Below, in pieces: positions 1 to 12,261 of a DNA stretch of 64,000 nt (the stretch's first letter is position 1; every line of letters starts with the position of its first letter). The stretch lies in NCBI GenBank assembly GCA_964247055.1, contig OZ176059.1, positions 1,736,001 through 1,800,000 of the forward strand. Reading direction: 5' to 3'. Below the pieces are notes generated by a model that did no database searches, had not been told where the DNA came from, and saw nothing but the letters and a program-made list of their open reading frames with translations. The stretch is from Paragordius varius (Eukaryota; Animalia; Nematomorpha). The translations under genes and the position numbers were made by a program.

Positions 1-19
1 AATGTTTTTACAATATCTC

Positions 20-1620
20 AAATCTTTTTATACCGTTTCCATCATACCTAAAAAAAGGATTATTTTCGCTTCAACAAAATTTTGATAAAAACTAAATTTT
101 TATAAAAAGTATGCATTTTTTAAAATTTATTTTTTATCGTGCAATAAGACATTTTTTTATCAAAAAAATTTTTCCGTTTAAGAAGAGCAAAAAAATTAGG
201 ACTTTCGGATCCCACATCTAAAACGTAAAATTTTTAAAGCGTTTTGCTTTTGATAAAATATATTTTATTGTTATTTTTCAGAATGAACATTCTTTCATCA
301 TAAAATTTTATTAATAAAATGGGGTAAAATTATGTTGTTTTCTGATATTAAGCGATTACCACAAAATTGTAATAACTTTCTTATATCACTCGTAAGCCCC
401 AAAAATAAAATAATCATAAGATTCCTGATACATTTTTCTATCGTAATATATAAATCATCATGAAATTTGTACACTGAATATTTGCTAAATATTGACATCA
501 GAAAAATTTCCCAAAAATTTAATAAAAAATATACAGTGCAGAGTCTCTTTTTACCTTTATTATTAAACGGTATGGACTTATATAATTAAACATGTAAATT
601 CAACACCTTTTTACCGAAAAATGAATGTACTGCTTCAACATAAATTTGAAGGTGAATGAATTGATTATCATAGTATTTATGAAAATTGTTATAATATTTT
701 AAGATTTTTTACGGTTTCAATCATGCCTCAAAACAGTATAAATTACGCTTTAACAGAATTTGGCAAAATTCGATTATCGAATATGTATTATTTGAAAAAT
801 TATGTTATTATAGAGTGTTATTGCCTCATCATTTTCGCCTTAAATGGCGAAAAAAATTGGGGCTTTCGAAGACAAGATGTAAAAAAATATTTTGCATTTT
901 TTTCTATTTAGGATACATAGTCATATTTATTTAATTAAAGCATTTGGCTTATATAAAAAAATATTTTAAACAATATAGCGACTTTCACTTGTTATATGGA
1001 TTAGCACAAAAGTGTATAGCTTTTTTATATCACTCGTAAAGGCCAAAACTATGACACCATGATGAATCTGACACATTTTACAACCAGAATATATAAAATT
1101 TAACAGAGTATTTTATACTCCCCGTTGAAGGCAGTGTAATATGCGCTTGTTTTGTATTTAACGAAATTGAGGATTTACCACAAAATTATTCCAATAAGAA
1201 AATGTATCAGGATTATCATGGCCTTACATTTTTAAGAAAGTTATTTATACTTATGTGGTCAGTTCTCCAAATCAAAAAATGACAAAATTTGCGCACATTT
1301 AGAAATATAATTTTTTTTGTTGAAAGCTAAATACTTATTATCATAAACTGCTTATAAGAGAAGACAATATTTTTAAAAATATTATAATTTTTATATTTGG
1401 GCTCCGAGAGTCCTGAATTTTTTTGCTCTTCTAAAATGGTGGATCACGTAAATTAAACGCAAAAATGCCGGGATCGAGTGTGAAAAATTTAACTATATAC
1501 AAAATTTTGAAATTAATAAAAATATTTTTTGAAAATGCATACATTTTACAAAAATTTATTTTTTGGCAAAATTTTGTTAAACAATATTCTTGATGCATGG
1601 AAGATACGGTTAAAACCCTA
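20..1620. repeat. Interspersed repeat family E: direct copies (~20-450, ~940-1110) and an inverted copy (~1170-1620) forming a degenerate foldback; further copies near 18090-18560, 46600-47350, 50370-50500, 51700-51790
   Basis: Shared blocks such as cttcaacaaaattttg..aaatttt, ggactttcgga(t/g)ccc and cacaaaa(t/g)tgtaa recur at these positions; 1380-1620 reads as the reverse complement of 20-250. Termini not resolved. Confidence 0.55.
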
Positions 1621-1690
1621 AAGATATTATAAAAAACTATTTCTATATAATTTAATGATGCTGAAAATTTCTATCGCTTCAGAATTTTAA

Positions 1691-2742
1691 CACTTGGAAA
1701 CAACATCAGTGTCCTTCTATACAAATTGGGGTATTGGCTACGCCAGGCCTGTTTACAAATACTTTAAAAAGTGTCAAAGAAATCACACCATGGCTATTTT
1801 TTCACTTACATAACATTATTAAACCGAAATAAATAAAAATATTTATTCACGCGTCAACGTGACATGTGTGGAATGGTATATTTATAAATAATGCAAAAAA
1901 ACCGCTTTTTCTATTTCGTTTATTTGATTCAAATTGGGGTATCTAAATACCCCAGACTAAATTTGAGTTAAGATTTTTAAGAAAGTACTGAAAACGGTCC
2001 CAATTTAAATTTATGCATCTATCTAAATAAAAATTATATAAATATGCCAAAATATCTAAATAAAATTTTGTTTTATAAAAAAAGTTCCAGGTCAAACTAC
2101 TTCGCCGCCATTTTTATTTTACAAAATTTTTGCAAAATATCGTCTCATTCGATTTTAAGAGTAAAATTAAGACTAACATTTTATTTAAATTACATATAAC
2201 ATTGTAAGAAATGGAAGTGGTTTCTTTTGCATAATTTTTTGATTTTACTTGCACACATGTCACGTTGACTAAATTTTCACCTTTCGGTTTTTGCTTAAAA
2301 TAAGTAATATCAAGTATTTTTAAATAAATTTTTTTATATATTTTGGTTTAATGATGTTATATAAGTGCAAAATTTTGCCACGGTTTTGAACAAGCCTGGG
2401 GAATTTACTACCCCAATTCGAAACGTAGGACTAAAATGAATGTGTTGTATCTAAGTGTTAATGTTAAATGTAATTCAAATAAAATTAGCTTTAAATTTAC
2501 CCTTAAAATTAAATAAAGGAAATTTTTTAAAAAATATTTAAAAATAAAAATGGCGTCGAAGTAGTTAGACGTGGCACTTTTTTTCAAATAAAATTTTACT
2601 GAGATATTTTGGCATATTTATATAATTCATTTTAGGATAGAAGTTTAAATGTAAATTGTGACCGTTTCCTTCAGGAGTTTTCTAAAAATATTAATTTAAA
2701 TTTAGTCTGAGGTATTTGGATACCCCAATTTAAATCGAGGTG
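1691..2742 (+). mobile_element. TTAA-flanked piggyBac-like MITE (family A), interrupted by an inverted copy of the same family at ~1921-2457
   Basis: Starts TTAA|CACTTGGAAACAAC at 1691. The plus copy breaks at ~1920, a minus copy follows and ends ctaagtg|TTAA at 2457, then the plus copy resumes and ends gataccccaatttaaatcgaggtg at ~2742. Confidence 0.75.
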
Positions 2743-3527
2743 TAAATTTAAGGGTTTGTTCCTTTATTTTTTGGTATTTTGTAAAAATAATTTGTATTTA
2801 AAATGAAATAAAACATAAATGAGAATTAAATATGAGATGTTAGAGATGTAATTTAAAAATTTTTTGCGCAATGCCGTTTTTATGTTTAAACAACTAGCCC
2901 ATTTTAAAAGAGCGTAACAATTTGTTTGAAGCCACATATAAAAATTAATATGTAATTGATAATATATTTAAATGATATTTTTTGTGATGCATTTAGCTTT
3001 AACCAAAACAAAATTCTTTAAAAATTATGCCCAAATGTCCCATTTTGTGTCATATAGCACTGTTTTTTTAGTTTCATATCTCATAAAATATTTTTACTTT
3101 ATAATTTAAATTTTAGTTTATATTTTAATTTTATTTTTACGTTTGACAAAGATTACTTGTAGTAATCGAAATATAATAAATTTATATAATTTTTGCTGAA
3201 TAATTCCATATATAATAATAGCACTTATTTAATTTGAGTCACACTAAAATATATATATTTTCCAATCAGAACCTATTAGATTATTTTAATCGTGCACACT
3301 GTACATATTATTACAATATTTTAAAATAGAAGCATTTAGATTTTACAAAAAAATTATTTATTATAATGTGTGCTATTTCCATTTTATGATATGGGGCATT
3401 TACCAAAAAATTTTAAATAACCTTTAACTCGAAAGACTTAAAAATAAAAGCACCACATATTTCTAATCATTTTCTATTAAAGTATATAAATCATATTAAG
3501 GTTTCCCCCCCCCCCCGATTTGGCGCG

Positions 3528-3569
<42 letters not shown>

Positions 3570-3930
3570 AAAAAGAACCCTTACCATATGGTTTAAAATA
3601 CCCGGCTGCGACATTCGCGAAAATTAAATTGAAACATTATGCATTTTAGTTCGATATCTTACGTTATACTTTGTTTTTTGTTAGATTGAAATCTGGCTAG
3701 AGGTCTGCGTCTATATTGATATAATTAAAAATATTATTTACTGAAAATTGTAATTGTCAGTCGCAATTGTTGTATATCTCATATATTTGGTAACGTGTAT
3801 TTTGTTGTGAGTATCCAAATTAACACTTTATTTCAAATTAGGGTATATAAATACCCCATACTGTATTTAAGTTGATATTTTTTAAAAGTTCCGTTATTTA
3901 AATTTCTCTATCCTAATAAATTTTATTAAA

Positions 3931-4497
3931 CACTTGGATACAACACACTCATTTTAGTCCTTCGATTCAAATTGGGGTAGTTGGATACCCCAGGCCTGTT
4001 TAAAATCGAATACTTTAAAAAGTATGGAAGCAATCGAAACCATGGCAAAATTTTGCACTTATATAATATTAATAAACAGATATAAATAAAAAAATTTATT
4101 TAAAAATACTTGATATTACTTATTTTAAGCTAAAACCAAAGGGCAAAAATTTCGTCAACCTGACATGTGTAAAATGGTAAAATTAAAAATACAAAATAAA
4201 CCGCTTTTTCTATTTTTATTAATGTTAGATGTAATTTATATTCAAAATTAGCTTTAGTTTTACCATTAAAAAAATGAAAATGATATTTTGCAAAAATTTT
4301 GTAAAATAAAAATGGCGTCGAAGTAGTTTGAGATAGAATTTTTTTTTCAAAACAAAATTTTATCACGATATATTGGCATATTTATATAATTTTTATCAAA
4401 TAGAAGCATAAATTTAAATTAAGACCGTTTTCTTTAGTAGTTTTTTAAAAATTAATTTAGTCTAAGGTATTTAGATACCCCAATTTGAATCGAAGTG
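3931..4497 (+). mobile_element. Family A MITE (~565 bp)
   Basis: 5' end CACTTGGATACAACAC..TTCGATTCAAATTGGGGTAGTTGGATACCCCAG; 3' end GGTATTTAGATACCCCAATTTGAATCGAAGTG|TTAA. Confidence 0.85.
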
Positions 4498-4598
4498 TTA
4501 ATATGACGAAATTAAAGTTTTGTAAAAACGTTCCATATCAAACTACCTCGACGCCATTTTTTCTTTAATACATTTTTGCAAAAATCGTGTTTACTTAA

Positions 4599-5162
4599 CA
4601 CTTGGATACAACACATTCATTTTAGTCCTTCGATTCAAATTGGGGTAGTTAAATACCCCAGGCCTGTTTAAAATTAAATTCTTTAAAAAAACCATGGCAA
4701 AATATTGCACTTATAAAACATTAATAAACCTAAATATATAAAAAATTTTTTTCGAAAATACTTGATATTACTTATTTTAAGCTAAAACCGAAAGATAAAA
4801 ATTTAGTCAACGTGACATGTGTGCAATGGTAAAATTGAAAAAAAATATAAAATGACAGCTTTCTCTTTTTCTATCAATATTAAATGTAATTTATAAAAAA
4901 ATTAGCTTTAGTTTTACCCTTAAAATTAAATAAAGACGATATTTTGCAAAAATTTTGTAAAATAAAAATGGCGTCGAAGTAATTTGAGATGGAACTTTTT
5001 TTTCAAAACAAATATTTATCAAGATATTTTGGCATATTTATATAATATTTATCAGGATAGAAGCATAAATTTAAATTGGGACCGTTTCCATCAGTAGTTT
5101 TTTAAAAATATTAATTTTAATTTAGTCTGGGGTATTTAGATACCCCAATTTGAATCGAAGTG
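4599..5162 (+). mobile_element. Family A MITE with TTAA target-site duplication
   Basis: TTAA at 4595-4598 and 5163-5166 flank CACTT...AAGTG; same internal sequence as the other copies. Confidence 0.9.
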
Positions 5163-5580
5163 TTAATTGCCAAAATTACAGCTAATTTTTTATTATCACA
5201 TCTAACATACAGAAAAAGTAATTTTTTTGTATTATTTTATTTAGCTAATGCAATATTGTCATGTTGACTAAATTTTGCCCTTTTTTACCTTAAATAAAGT
5301 GATATCAAAAATGAATTTTTTTATATTTCGGTTCATTAATATATAAGTGCTAACTTTTGCCATGGTTTCGATTCCTTTCATATTAAAGTATTTAATTTCA
5401 AACAGGCGTGGGGTATCTAACTATCTCAATTTAAATATAAGGACTGAAATGAATCTATTGCATCCAAGCGCTAATATTTTAAGAGTTTTAATTTTTAAAA
5501 ATTATATTTTAAAAAAGTTTACAAAAAAATATAACATCGCGTTTCCATGCATTTTCAAACCGTTTAATACGTTTGTTTAA

Positions 5581-6158
5581 CACTTGGATACAACACAGTC
5601 ATTTTAGTCCTTCGATTCAAATTGGGGTAGTTGGATACCCCAGGCCTGTTTAAAATCAAATACTTTAAAAAGTATGGAAGCAATCCAAATTATGGCAAAA
5701 TTTTTCACTTATATAACAATAATAAACCTAAATATATAAAAAATTTTATTCAATATTTGATATTACATATTTTAAGCTAAAACCGAAAGGTTAAAATTTC
5801 GACAACGTGACATGTTTCAAATGGTAAAATTAAAAAACAATACAAAATAAACCGCCTTTTCTATCTCTATCATTGTTAGATGTAATTTATATTAAAAATT
5901 AGCTTTAGTTTTATCCTTAAAATTAAATGAAGACGATATTTTGCAAAAATTTTTTAAAATAAAAATGGCGTCGAAGTAGATTGAGATGAAACTTTATTTC
6001 AAAACAAAATTTTATCAAGATATTTTGGCATATTTATATAATTTATATTAGGATAGAAGCATAAATTTAAATTGGGACCGTTTCCTTAAGTAGTTTTTTA
6101 AAAATCCTAACCTAAATTTAGTTTGGGGTATTTAGATACTCCAATTTGAATCGAAGTG
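5581..6158 (+). mobile_element. Family A MITE with TTAA target-site duplication, ~190 bp upstream of the ARL1 start
   Basis: TTAA at 5577-5580 and 6159-6162; CACTT...AAGTG termini. Confidence 0.9.
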
Positions 6159-6344
6159 TTAATCATATAGAGTAGTTTATAGTATATTCCGTTTTATTAT
6201 CAAAACTATTTTTTAAATGAAAGTTATAATTATACTATACTCGGATCTAACATAACACAATACATAAATCATGTGAATCGCACAATTGACCGTATTACTC
6301 ATACGTTTTATAGCGTGTGTGTGTGTTTGAGTTTTCAAAACGAA

Positions 6345-6887
6345 ATGGGTAGTTTTATGAGTATATTCCGTCGTTTGTTTGGGACACGTGAAATGCGTAT
6401 TCTTATTTTGGGGCTCGATGGAGCTGGAAAAACTACAATTTTATATAAATTACAAGTCGGCGAAGTGGTTACCACAATTCCAACCATCGGTTTTAATGTC
6501 GAACAAGTCGTGTACAAAAATATTCGGTTCCAAGTGTGGGATTTGGGTGGTCAAACTAGCATTCGCCCATATTGGAGATGTTATTATGCTAATACAGATG
6601 CCATAATTTATGTGGTGGATAGTGCAGATCGTGATCGTATGGGAATTTCTAAGCAAGAACTCTCGAGTATGCTTGAAGAGGACGAACTTAAAAACGCACT
6701 TTTGTTGGTTCTGGCCAATAAACAGGATATCGAAGGTGCCCTCAAGCTAAGTCAAGTCGCAGAGGCTTTGGGACTTAGTAATCTCAGAAACCGAACATAT
6801 CAAATTTGTAAAACATCTGCTATAAAGGGTGAAGGTTTGACTGAAGCCATGGATTGGCTTGTGAACGCACTCCAAAATGTTAAATAA
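6345..6887 (+). CDS. ARL1: ADP-ribosylation factor-like protein 1 (Arl1 GTPase), 180 aa, no intron in the CDS
   Basis: MG start (myristoylation Gly2), GLDGAGKT P-loop, [22 protein letters not shown] and NKQD motifs. The [11 protein letters not shown] switch II is characteristic of ARL1. Real start is ATG at 6345, not the ORF-track start at 6273. Confidence 0.95.
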   Translation: MGSFMSIFRRLFGTREMRILILGLDGAGKTTILYKLQVGEVVTTIPTIGFNVEQVVYKNIRFQVWDLGGQTSIRPYWRCYYANTDAIIYVVDSADRDRMGISKQELSSMLEEDELKNALLLVLANKQDIEGALKLSQVAEALGLSNLRNRTYQICKTSAIKGEGLTEAMDWLVNALQNVK

Positions 6888-7121
6888 TTTTTCTTTTTAT
6901 TATTTGTCTGCCCCCAAACGATTAATAGGTTGGGTCTTGTCATGTAATTTATTCAAAATGGAGAAACGGTTTTGTATAATATAAATGAATATTTATATTT
7001 AAATATTATTTACAATGTATAAATAAATATTTGAAAGAATTAAAGATGATATTAATGGTCAATTTTGTTTAATGCGAAAAATTTTTAGGTTTTCTAAAAA
7101 TGGAAGTTTTAATTCACATTA

Positions 7122-8371
7122 CATTAAAAATTGCAACTATATTCGGACAAAACGTGATAATATAAAGGCAACCTATGCTTTTTAATCTTGATTTTATTTA
7201 ATATAAGTCATTGTTTTTAATTATAAGGTATAATAAAGAAATGTAAATTGGTAACACAATCAATTAAGTATTTTACCATTGTGTAAATTAATGTTTTTTA
7301 TAGGAAAATAAATTTAGGTTTAAAAAAGTATGGGGTTGTCATTTGACAAAAAATTTTGTCTTTATATTTTTACATTTTGTCCACCGTATAATTTCAATTT
7401 TTACTGTAAAAATAATTACGATTTTGGCATTAGCTATATACAGTATGCCTTTTAATGGTTTTTATTTCTACTTAAGCAATTTGCCATAACAGTAGTGTAT
7501 GGAAAAAGCAACAAAATGTTGAATAAACTCTTGTTTCCTTTCTTCTTTTCCATACACTACTGTTGTGTTGCAAATTGTCCTACTATATAGTTTGAAATAA
7601 AAACCATTAAAATTACATTACATTCTCTACTATTATTGGTCATTTGAGTACTTTAATTGTTTAGCAGAACTAATTTACAGTAAAAATTGAAATTATACAG
7701 AAGGACAAAACGTAAAAATAAAAAGACAACAACCTCATACGTTTTAAAACCTCAATTTTACCTATATAAGAAGCTATTTAGTTACAATTGTAAATTATAT
7801 AAGACTTGAATGTATTAATATTATATATCTTTATTACACACTTTGTCATTTTAAACAATGAGATATATTTACATAAATTAATGTTTAAAAAATATGGGTG
7901 TCTTTTAGAACAAAATACGGTTGTTTTTATATTTTAACGTTTTGTCGTATAATTTCAGTTTTTACTGTATATATGTATTGCTATTGATGAGATTTTTTAT
8001 TTATTTAGTTAATAATATACAGAATTATTTTAAAGCAAACTGTATCTATTTTTAACCACAATTTACATTACAGGAACTAAAATTATACTATGGACAAAAC
8101 GTGAAAATATAAAGACATATATTTTTTTCTTAAAGACAACCAACATACTTTTTAAATCTTGATCTATATCAATATAACTCATTGTTTTAAAGGGCAAAGC
8201 GTGAAATAGAGATATATATTACTAACACAATCAATTACATATTTTACTAGTGCAACAAAATGGCTTACACGAGAAGGTTATAAAAAGTATGGTGGGGTTG
8301 TCTTTTAGATAAAATTATGGTTGTTTTTATATTTTTACCTTTTGTCCATAGTATAATTTCAGTTTTTACTG
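7122..8371. mobile_element. Three TA-flanked foldback MITEs (family B, Tc1/mariner-like): 7122-7406, 7678-7967, 8071-8371
   Basis: Arms of ~100 bp, CAGTAAAAA(C/T)TGAAATTATAC..GGACAAAACG..TAAAGACAA..AAGACAACC, inverted at each end; TA|CAGT...ACTG|TA seen at 7678/7967. Confidence 0.75.
7441..7620. repeat. Short palindromic element (family C); related copies near 10847-10955, 16927-16975, 22088-22127
   Basis: CAGTAGTGTATGGAAAAAG (7490) pairs with CTTTTCCATACACTACTG (7545-7562); outer arms ttttaatggtttttatttc / gaaataaaaaccattaaaa. Confidence 0.65.
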
Positions 8372-8415
8372 TAAAACTAGAATAAATTTGGTACAATTTT
8401 AAGCATATTCTACAG

Positions 8416-10737
8416 CAGTGATACTCAAATTGCGGGCCGCATGCGGCCCTAAGAGCGCTTTAAAATTGCCCTATGACCATATTGATACTTAAATTCTTTT
8501 TTTTATTGATGAATTTTTAAAATATACATAATCGGATTTTCGATTATTTCAATATTAATTTATTTTATTTAGATTTAATTTTAATAATTTCATTTTTACC
8601 CAATTTGAAATGTATAAAGATTTCCCTACATTAAGATGATTTTTAAAATTTTGGCACACATTGTTTTTGTTTCTGCATTCTATTTTCTTTTCTATTTTTG
8701 TAGCATTCTTTTTTTGTATTTGAGCAAGCTTTTCACCCAAACTTGCATATACATCTTTTCATAGCTATCCTGCATCATTTTTTTATAACTCATTCCTATA
8801 AAATATTTTTCAAAACAACATCATTTAATTTCGACCTATTTACATAATGCATATTATATTCCTTTTTTAAAAAAATACCATAATATTTTAACATAAATTC
8901 AAAGGATGACATCTAATTAAATTATCCGATGTAAATCGCTTCTTTTAAAAAGAGAATGGGAAAAAGTATTTGCTTAAATAAAAATGTCACCTGCTTTATA
9001 TGTAAGGACAACATAATTAAAATACAATATTGAAAAACATTTTACCATCCATCATTCTCACAAATACCAGAAAATGAGTAAGGAAACGAGTAAGGAAACG
9101 AGAATATAAAATCCAATCTTTCTCTCAGAAAAAAGCTGTAACATTAACTTCGTATGAAATTTGCTATATTTTAGGAAAAAATATGTAACCGTTTACTGAT
9201 TGCCAACTAATAAAAAAATATCTAATAAATGGTTGCTTTTTTTATTTGATAAATTCCATAGTAAGATCAGATCATGAGGCAAATTAAAAAACTTCAACTT
9301 TCTGATTCAACATGTACTCGACGCATTGCGGATATGTCTAAATATATATTTAACAATACATTATTGGCTCTGAAAAACTGCAAATATTTTAGTATTGCTA
9401 TTGATTGTAGTCCTCAGTGTGCGCTAACGTGAGATTTTGCAACGACAACATAAACAATGAGGAAAATTTTAAAAAAACTCCAATAAATAATACGACGAAA
9501 TTGATTTTCTTGAAATAATTAGCACTTTTTTCTATAAAAATGATATATCTATAAAAAAATTGGTTTTGATCTGCACAGATGGCTGTCCCTCTATGATTGG
9601 AATAAACAAAGGATTTATTCCTCTTTCGAAAAACAAATATTTGCAAAATATTTTATCCTTTCACTGCTTAATTCATAAGAGAAAACTGGTTTCGCGTGTA
9701 AAAGATGAATACTCAATTCAGTAATTAAAACGGTTGTGGATATATTAAACCACAGGGGCAGAGAATTTAAGCCATAAATCACAAACCTTCTGAAAGATAC
9801 CAGTGAGTTTGATGATATTCTTTTGTATACCGGTGTAAGATGGTTAAGCTTTAGCTAAATAGATTTTTTAAGACATGAAATATTATTTATAAATGATAAC
9901 AGAAAGTTTGATGAGGAAATTAAAAGTGACAAACTTAGTATCTTAAATACACTTCGGGAGCAAAATAATAACCAAATATAATCAAATATTTTCTGAAGAA
10001 AAATCAATAATATATAAACAATATTTTATAAATAAAACACTCCTATATTTTCCAACACTTAAAACAATTCATTAAGAGCATATAAAATTTACCGCGGGAT
10101 TAAGTTAATAATAGACAACTATTTAACATTTTTATCAAATGAAATGAAGTTCAGATTTCAAGAATAAGAAATATTAAAAATTGCTTAAAACTCGTTGAAA
10201 TCCATGACATATGAATATATCCAATATTAAATTTGAGCATTTCGGTTTTGAGGCGCATATCATTGGAGAATTCGTAGATTTTAATTTGGAGGCCATATTC
10301 AAGGAGAATCGTAGAGAAGAAAGATATGTAGAGTTTTTGCAAGATGTGCCAAATAAGTATGAAAATATAAAAAATGTGCTCAAGATATTCTAACTGTTTT
10401 TCCCCTAACTTACACGTTTGAGACGGCATATCAAGAATACATACAGAAATTATGGATGACGTATTAAGATTGGCATGTCATTAGGCGAAACCAAATTTGT
10501 TAAAAATTATTGGTTAATATCAAAAATAATGTTATCAAAATATTTTTTTAAACTAAATGGTGCAAAACAAGTTTTTAGCTGGATTACATCAGCAAAAATA
10601 TTATTGTTGATATTAAGTATATAAAATGTCCATAATTGTCATATAGCTATGGGATAATTGCCATTATAAGGTTCATGGCCCTTGAAAAAAAAATATATTT
10701 TATTTGGCCCGTCAAATTTTTTTGGTGAGTACCACTG
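8416..10737 (+). mobile_element. hAT DNA transposon, Buster/SPIN-like, defective
   Basis: TIRs CAGTGATACTCA / TGAGTACCACTG; perfect 8-bp TSD TTCTACAG (8408-8415 and 10738-10745) with central TA; subterminal gcgggccgcatgcggccc. Confidence 0.9.
8850..10460 (+). pseudogene. Decayed hAT (Buster/GTF2IRD2-like) transposase
   Basis: Fragments read CTDGCPSMIGINKGF...SFHCLIH (~9572-9680) and LLYTGVRWLS (~9820-9849); multiple stops and frameshifts. Confidence 0.85.
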
Positions 10738-11353
10738 TTCTACAGTAACGACTGATATTATAACTAAAGGGTAAATTTTGAAAATAAATTCAAAGTTTAT
10801 TAAACATCCATACACCTCCTATATTATTCAATTCTGACATGAATACACAGTAGGGTATGAGAAAAAACAACAAAATGTTGAAAATAAACAAACCTTTTTA
10901 CCTATCCTACCACATTAATTTGTACATTTTGTTTTATTTTTCCATACCCTACTGTGTTTCACCAATTAACACCAACTATAGTGGTGAATAAGCCAGGAAT
11001 ATACTGTTTTAAGCGTGTTACTAATTTACAATAAAAACAAAATTCAAAATGTAAAAATATATATACAAATTGTTTTTCCAAAAAACAACCAACCATACAT
11101 TTTTAAACCGTAATTTTTATTATAAAATACAATCGTAAAATACATAATTTATTGTGTTTTATCAATTTACGTTTCTATTTTATGCTTTGTATAGTTTAAA
11201 ACATCGAGAGTTATATAAAAAAAATCAAAATTAAAAAATGGGTTATCTTTTTGAATAAATATTTGTCTTTATTAATGTACACACATTCCTTAGTCTGCAA
11301 AGTACAACAAAGAGTTATATTTGAGAAAAATCAAGGTTTAAATATATATATAT

Positions 11354-11620
11354 GCAGTAAAAACTGAAATTCTACAGACAAAACATAAAATGAAGTCAAA
11401 TATTTTTTTTAAAAGACAACCCCATACTTTTAAATCTAGATTTATATCAATAAATAACTCAATGTTTAAAATGGTAAAGTGTGAAAGATAGATATATATA
11501 GAACTAAAACAATCAATTTTATATTACGATTGTAACTAAGTAGCTTATTTGAAGGACAACAAGGTTTAAAAAGTTTGGTTCTGTCTTTTAGAAAATATTT
11601 GTCTTTATATTTTTACTTTC
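11354..11620. mobile_element. Family B foldback MITE, degenerate; other arms at ~11030-11290 and ~14347-14480
   Basis: cagtaaaaactgaaattcta..gacaaaac..aagacaaccccatac arm followed by an inverted arm at ~11570-11620. Confidence 0.55.
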
Positions 11621-12261
11621 GGTTTAATATGCTATTTGGCAATAATTAATAACTTAATAAAATGTATACTTAGTCATATTTATAATTGGCTAAATTTAAA
11701 CTATTTTTTAGAACTCATTAAAATTAATTCATAAAATATCATAGTAAATATTTGGTATATGATTGATTTATTTATTACTAATATAGCTAACAGAATTTTT
11801 CATATATTATACAGATTGAAATTTTGTGTGAACACTAATTATAACATATATGTGTGCAATATATTACAAAAAACATAATTTATAATAAAATTTTAAATAA
11901 ATTAAACAGCGATGATATTATTGGTTATTAAGGAAGTTTAAATTGTTAACAAGAAAAGTTTCTTGAGTTAAGGCATATGTACAATTTATTTTAATATTAC
12001 TGATAATAGACATTCAAATTTTCCCTATTAACCATTTAAACTGTCCTTATAACCAATAATAAAGCTAATTACTATGCTATGAAATATCACATTTGAATAT
12101 ATTATGAAGAAGCATGAAATATATTTTAAACAAATGCGTTTGTATAAATTTCTAACTTCCTTTTAAGAAAAAATACCCCGTTTACATTTTTTATGCTAAA
12201 TAATTCTAAAATTACAAAATATTTAAAGTTTTCCAAAGTAAGCATGAAAAAACTATAAAAT

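Larger units (their letters stand above)
3824..5472 (-). mobile_element. Older family A MITE split by two younger family A insertions
   Basis: TTAA|CACTT..ttcaaattagggtatataaatacccc at 3824; fragments 3824-3925, 4502-4594 and 5167-5472 are collinear with the minus-strand consensus. Confidence 0.7.

Noticed and set aside
3500-3715. GC-richer patch with poly-C, (TA)n and CpGs (similar patch at 21640-21690)
   Set aside because: No ORF, splice pattern, RNA-gene motif or element termini that I can support.
298-5580. Short AT-rich ORFs at the window start and similar ones elsewhere (e.g. 17705, 47603, 50739)
   Set aside because: They lie in non-coding MITE or repeat sequence, start mostly at non-ATG codons and show no homology.
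6335-6656. Overlapping and antisense ORFs within ARL1; likewise 19373-19597, 53105-53296, 55662-55886, 59152-59340, 62914-63141
   Set aside because: Shadow frames of real coding exons with no independent evidence.
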